From NCBI GenBank assembly GCA_030613375.1, contig JAUWMC010000001.1, positions 1-62,379 on the forward strand: 62,379 bases of DNA, read 5' to 3'. The notes below the pieces were generated by a model, which worked only from the letters and a program-made list of their open reading frames with translations, was not told the origin of the DNA and searched no databases. Both the position numbers and the translations under genes were made by a program. Each line of letters opens with the position of its first letter. The first letter of the stretch is position 1. Of the stretch, positions 61,694 to 62,379 are shown in pieces. This DNA is from Candidatus Micrarchaeota archaeon (GTDB taxonomy: Archaea > Micrarchaeota > Micrarchaeia > Anstonellales > Bilamarchaeaceae).

Positions 61694-62269
61694 ATGACAC
61701 TAGAATTAGGAGGAACCCTTTGTATTGGGGCAATAGTTGTTGGTGGAGCGATAATTGTGGCAGGAATACTCTATTTTGTGTACAACCGCATGGTAACGCT
61801 CAAGAACAGGGCTGAGAACGCATGGGCTCAGATAGATGTGCAGCTCAAGAAGAGGAATGATCTTGTTCCCAATCTGGTTGAAACTGTAAAGGGCTATGCA
61901 ACACACGAAAAGAGCACATTTGAAAATGTTACAAAAGCAAGGGCCCAGATGATGGCCGCAGGGACAGTTGCAGGAAAGGCAAAAGCAAGCGGAATGCTTA
62001 CAAATGCGCTCAAATCTCTGTTTGCAGTTTCCGAAAATTACCCGGACCTCAAAGCAAGCCAGAACTTTATGATGCTTCAGGAGGAACTCTCTGGAATTGA
62101 GAACAAGATTGCATACGCAAGGACCGCATACAACGATTCAGTGTATCATTACAACAATACGCAGGAAGTTCTTCCCTACGTAATCTTCGCAGCGATGCTT
62201 GGGCACAAGAAGCAGGAATACTTTGAAACTGCGGAAGTGGAAAAGAAAGTGCCTGCAGTTAAGTTCTGA
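61694..62269 (+). CDS. lemA: LemA-family membrane protein
   Basis: An N-terminal TM is followed by 'YNRMVTLKNRAENAWAQIDVQLKKRNDLVPNLVETVKGYA.HEK..FE.VT.AR' and 'ENYPDLKASQNF..LQEEL...ENKIAYAR..YN'. Confidence 0.9.
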   Translation: MTLELGGTLCIGAIVVGGAIIVAGILYFVYNRMVTLKNRAENAWAQIDVQLKKRNDLVPNLVETVKGYATHEKSTFENVTKARAQMMAAGTVAGKAKASGMLTNALKSLFAVSENYPDLKASQNFMMLQEELSGIENKIAYARTAYNDSVYHYNNTQEVLPYVIFAAMLGHKKQEYFETAEVEKKVPAVKF

Positions 62270-62279
62270 GTGAATTTAA

Positions 62280-62379
62280 ATGGTCGAGAAAAAAGCCCCC
62301 CCGGAGCATGCTCCCCAGGAGTATGTTCCCAGGGAACCCGGCCAAAGCTTTTTCGATGCAATCAATGCAAATAAGAGAA
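62280..62379 (+). CDS. 5' end of a gene running off the right edge; possibly an M48/HtpX-like peptidase partnered with LemA
   Basis: Hand translation: MVEKKAPPEHAPQEYVPREPGQSFFDAINANKR... The 'FFD.I..NKR' start and the position after lemA resemble LemA-associated M48 peptidases. Only 33 codons are visible. Confidence 0.35.
   Translation, partial: MVEKKAPPEHAPQEYVPREPGQSFFDAINANKR

Noticed and set aside
1-62379. CRISPR arrays, rRNA genes, transposases, integrases or IS elements
   Set aside because: I noticed no regularly spaced direct repeats with unique spacers, no rRNA-like sequence, and no DDE, tyrosine- or serine-recombinase-like ORF anywhere in the window. The only mobile-type module is the vapBC pair.

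Overview
The window is an archaeal chromosome segment. This call rests on PolD DP1/DP2, Orc1/Cdc6, GINS, aIF2-alpha, Nop10, ribosomal proteins L44e/S27e/S26e, Rpo7/Spt4, AglB, RNase P Pop5 and BHB-type tRNA introns. Genes are tightly packed, with many ATGA or 4-11 nt overlaps, and G+C looks moderate by eye. The mix of two FtsZ plus SepF, S26e, non-canonical tRNA introns, ankyrin proteins and orphan metabolic genes suggests a streamlined, possibly DPANN-like, archaeon. That lineage call is inference only. All identifications were made by eye from the translations; no database search was run.

Most of the window is housekeeping:
- the L44e-S27e-aIF2a-Nop10-PAC2 operon (S27e and Nop10 are missing from the ORF track)
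- an rpe-tkt-tkt-tal pentose-phosphate operon
- RNase Z, SepF, ATP-dependent DNA ligase, CysRS, RtcA, class-II-like HMG-CoA reductase, TrmI and four tRNAs (two with introns)

The regions that are not explained:
1. Two ftsZ paralogues sit in tandem, separated by one G+C- and CpG-rich 447-aa ORF of unknown function. That ORF is bracketed by a ~65-80 bp direct repeat carrying a UUCG-capped hairpin.
2. Two adjacent giant ORFs (1143 and 916 aa) have no recognisable domains. One has a glycine-zipper-like membrane core; the other has 237-bp tandem repeats with mosaic identity.
3. An accessory-looking block (16.2-23.6 kb) holds four ankyrin-repeat proteins, two lipobox lipoproteins and two helical proteins of unknown function.
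4. Several small elements: a 28-codon hyper-acidic micro-ORF with its own promoter-like and terminator-like signals, a repeat-flanked double hairpin next to a VapBC pair, and recurrent hairpin-plus-T-tract elements.
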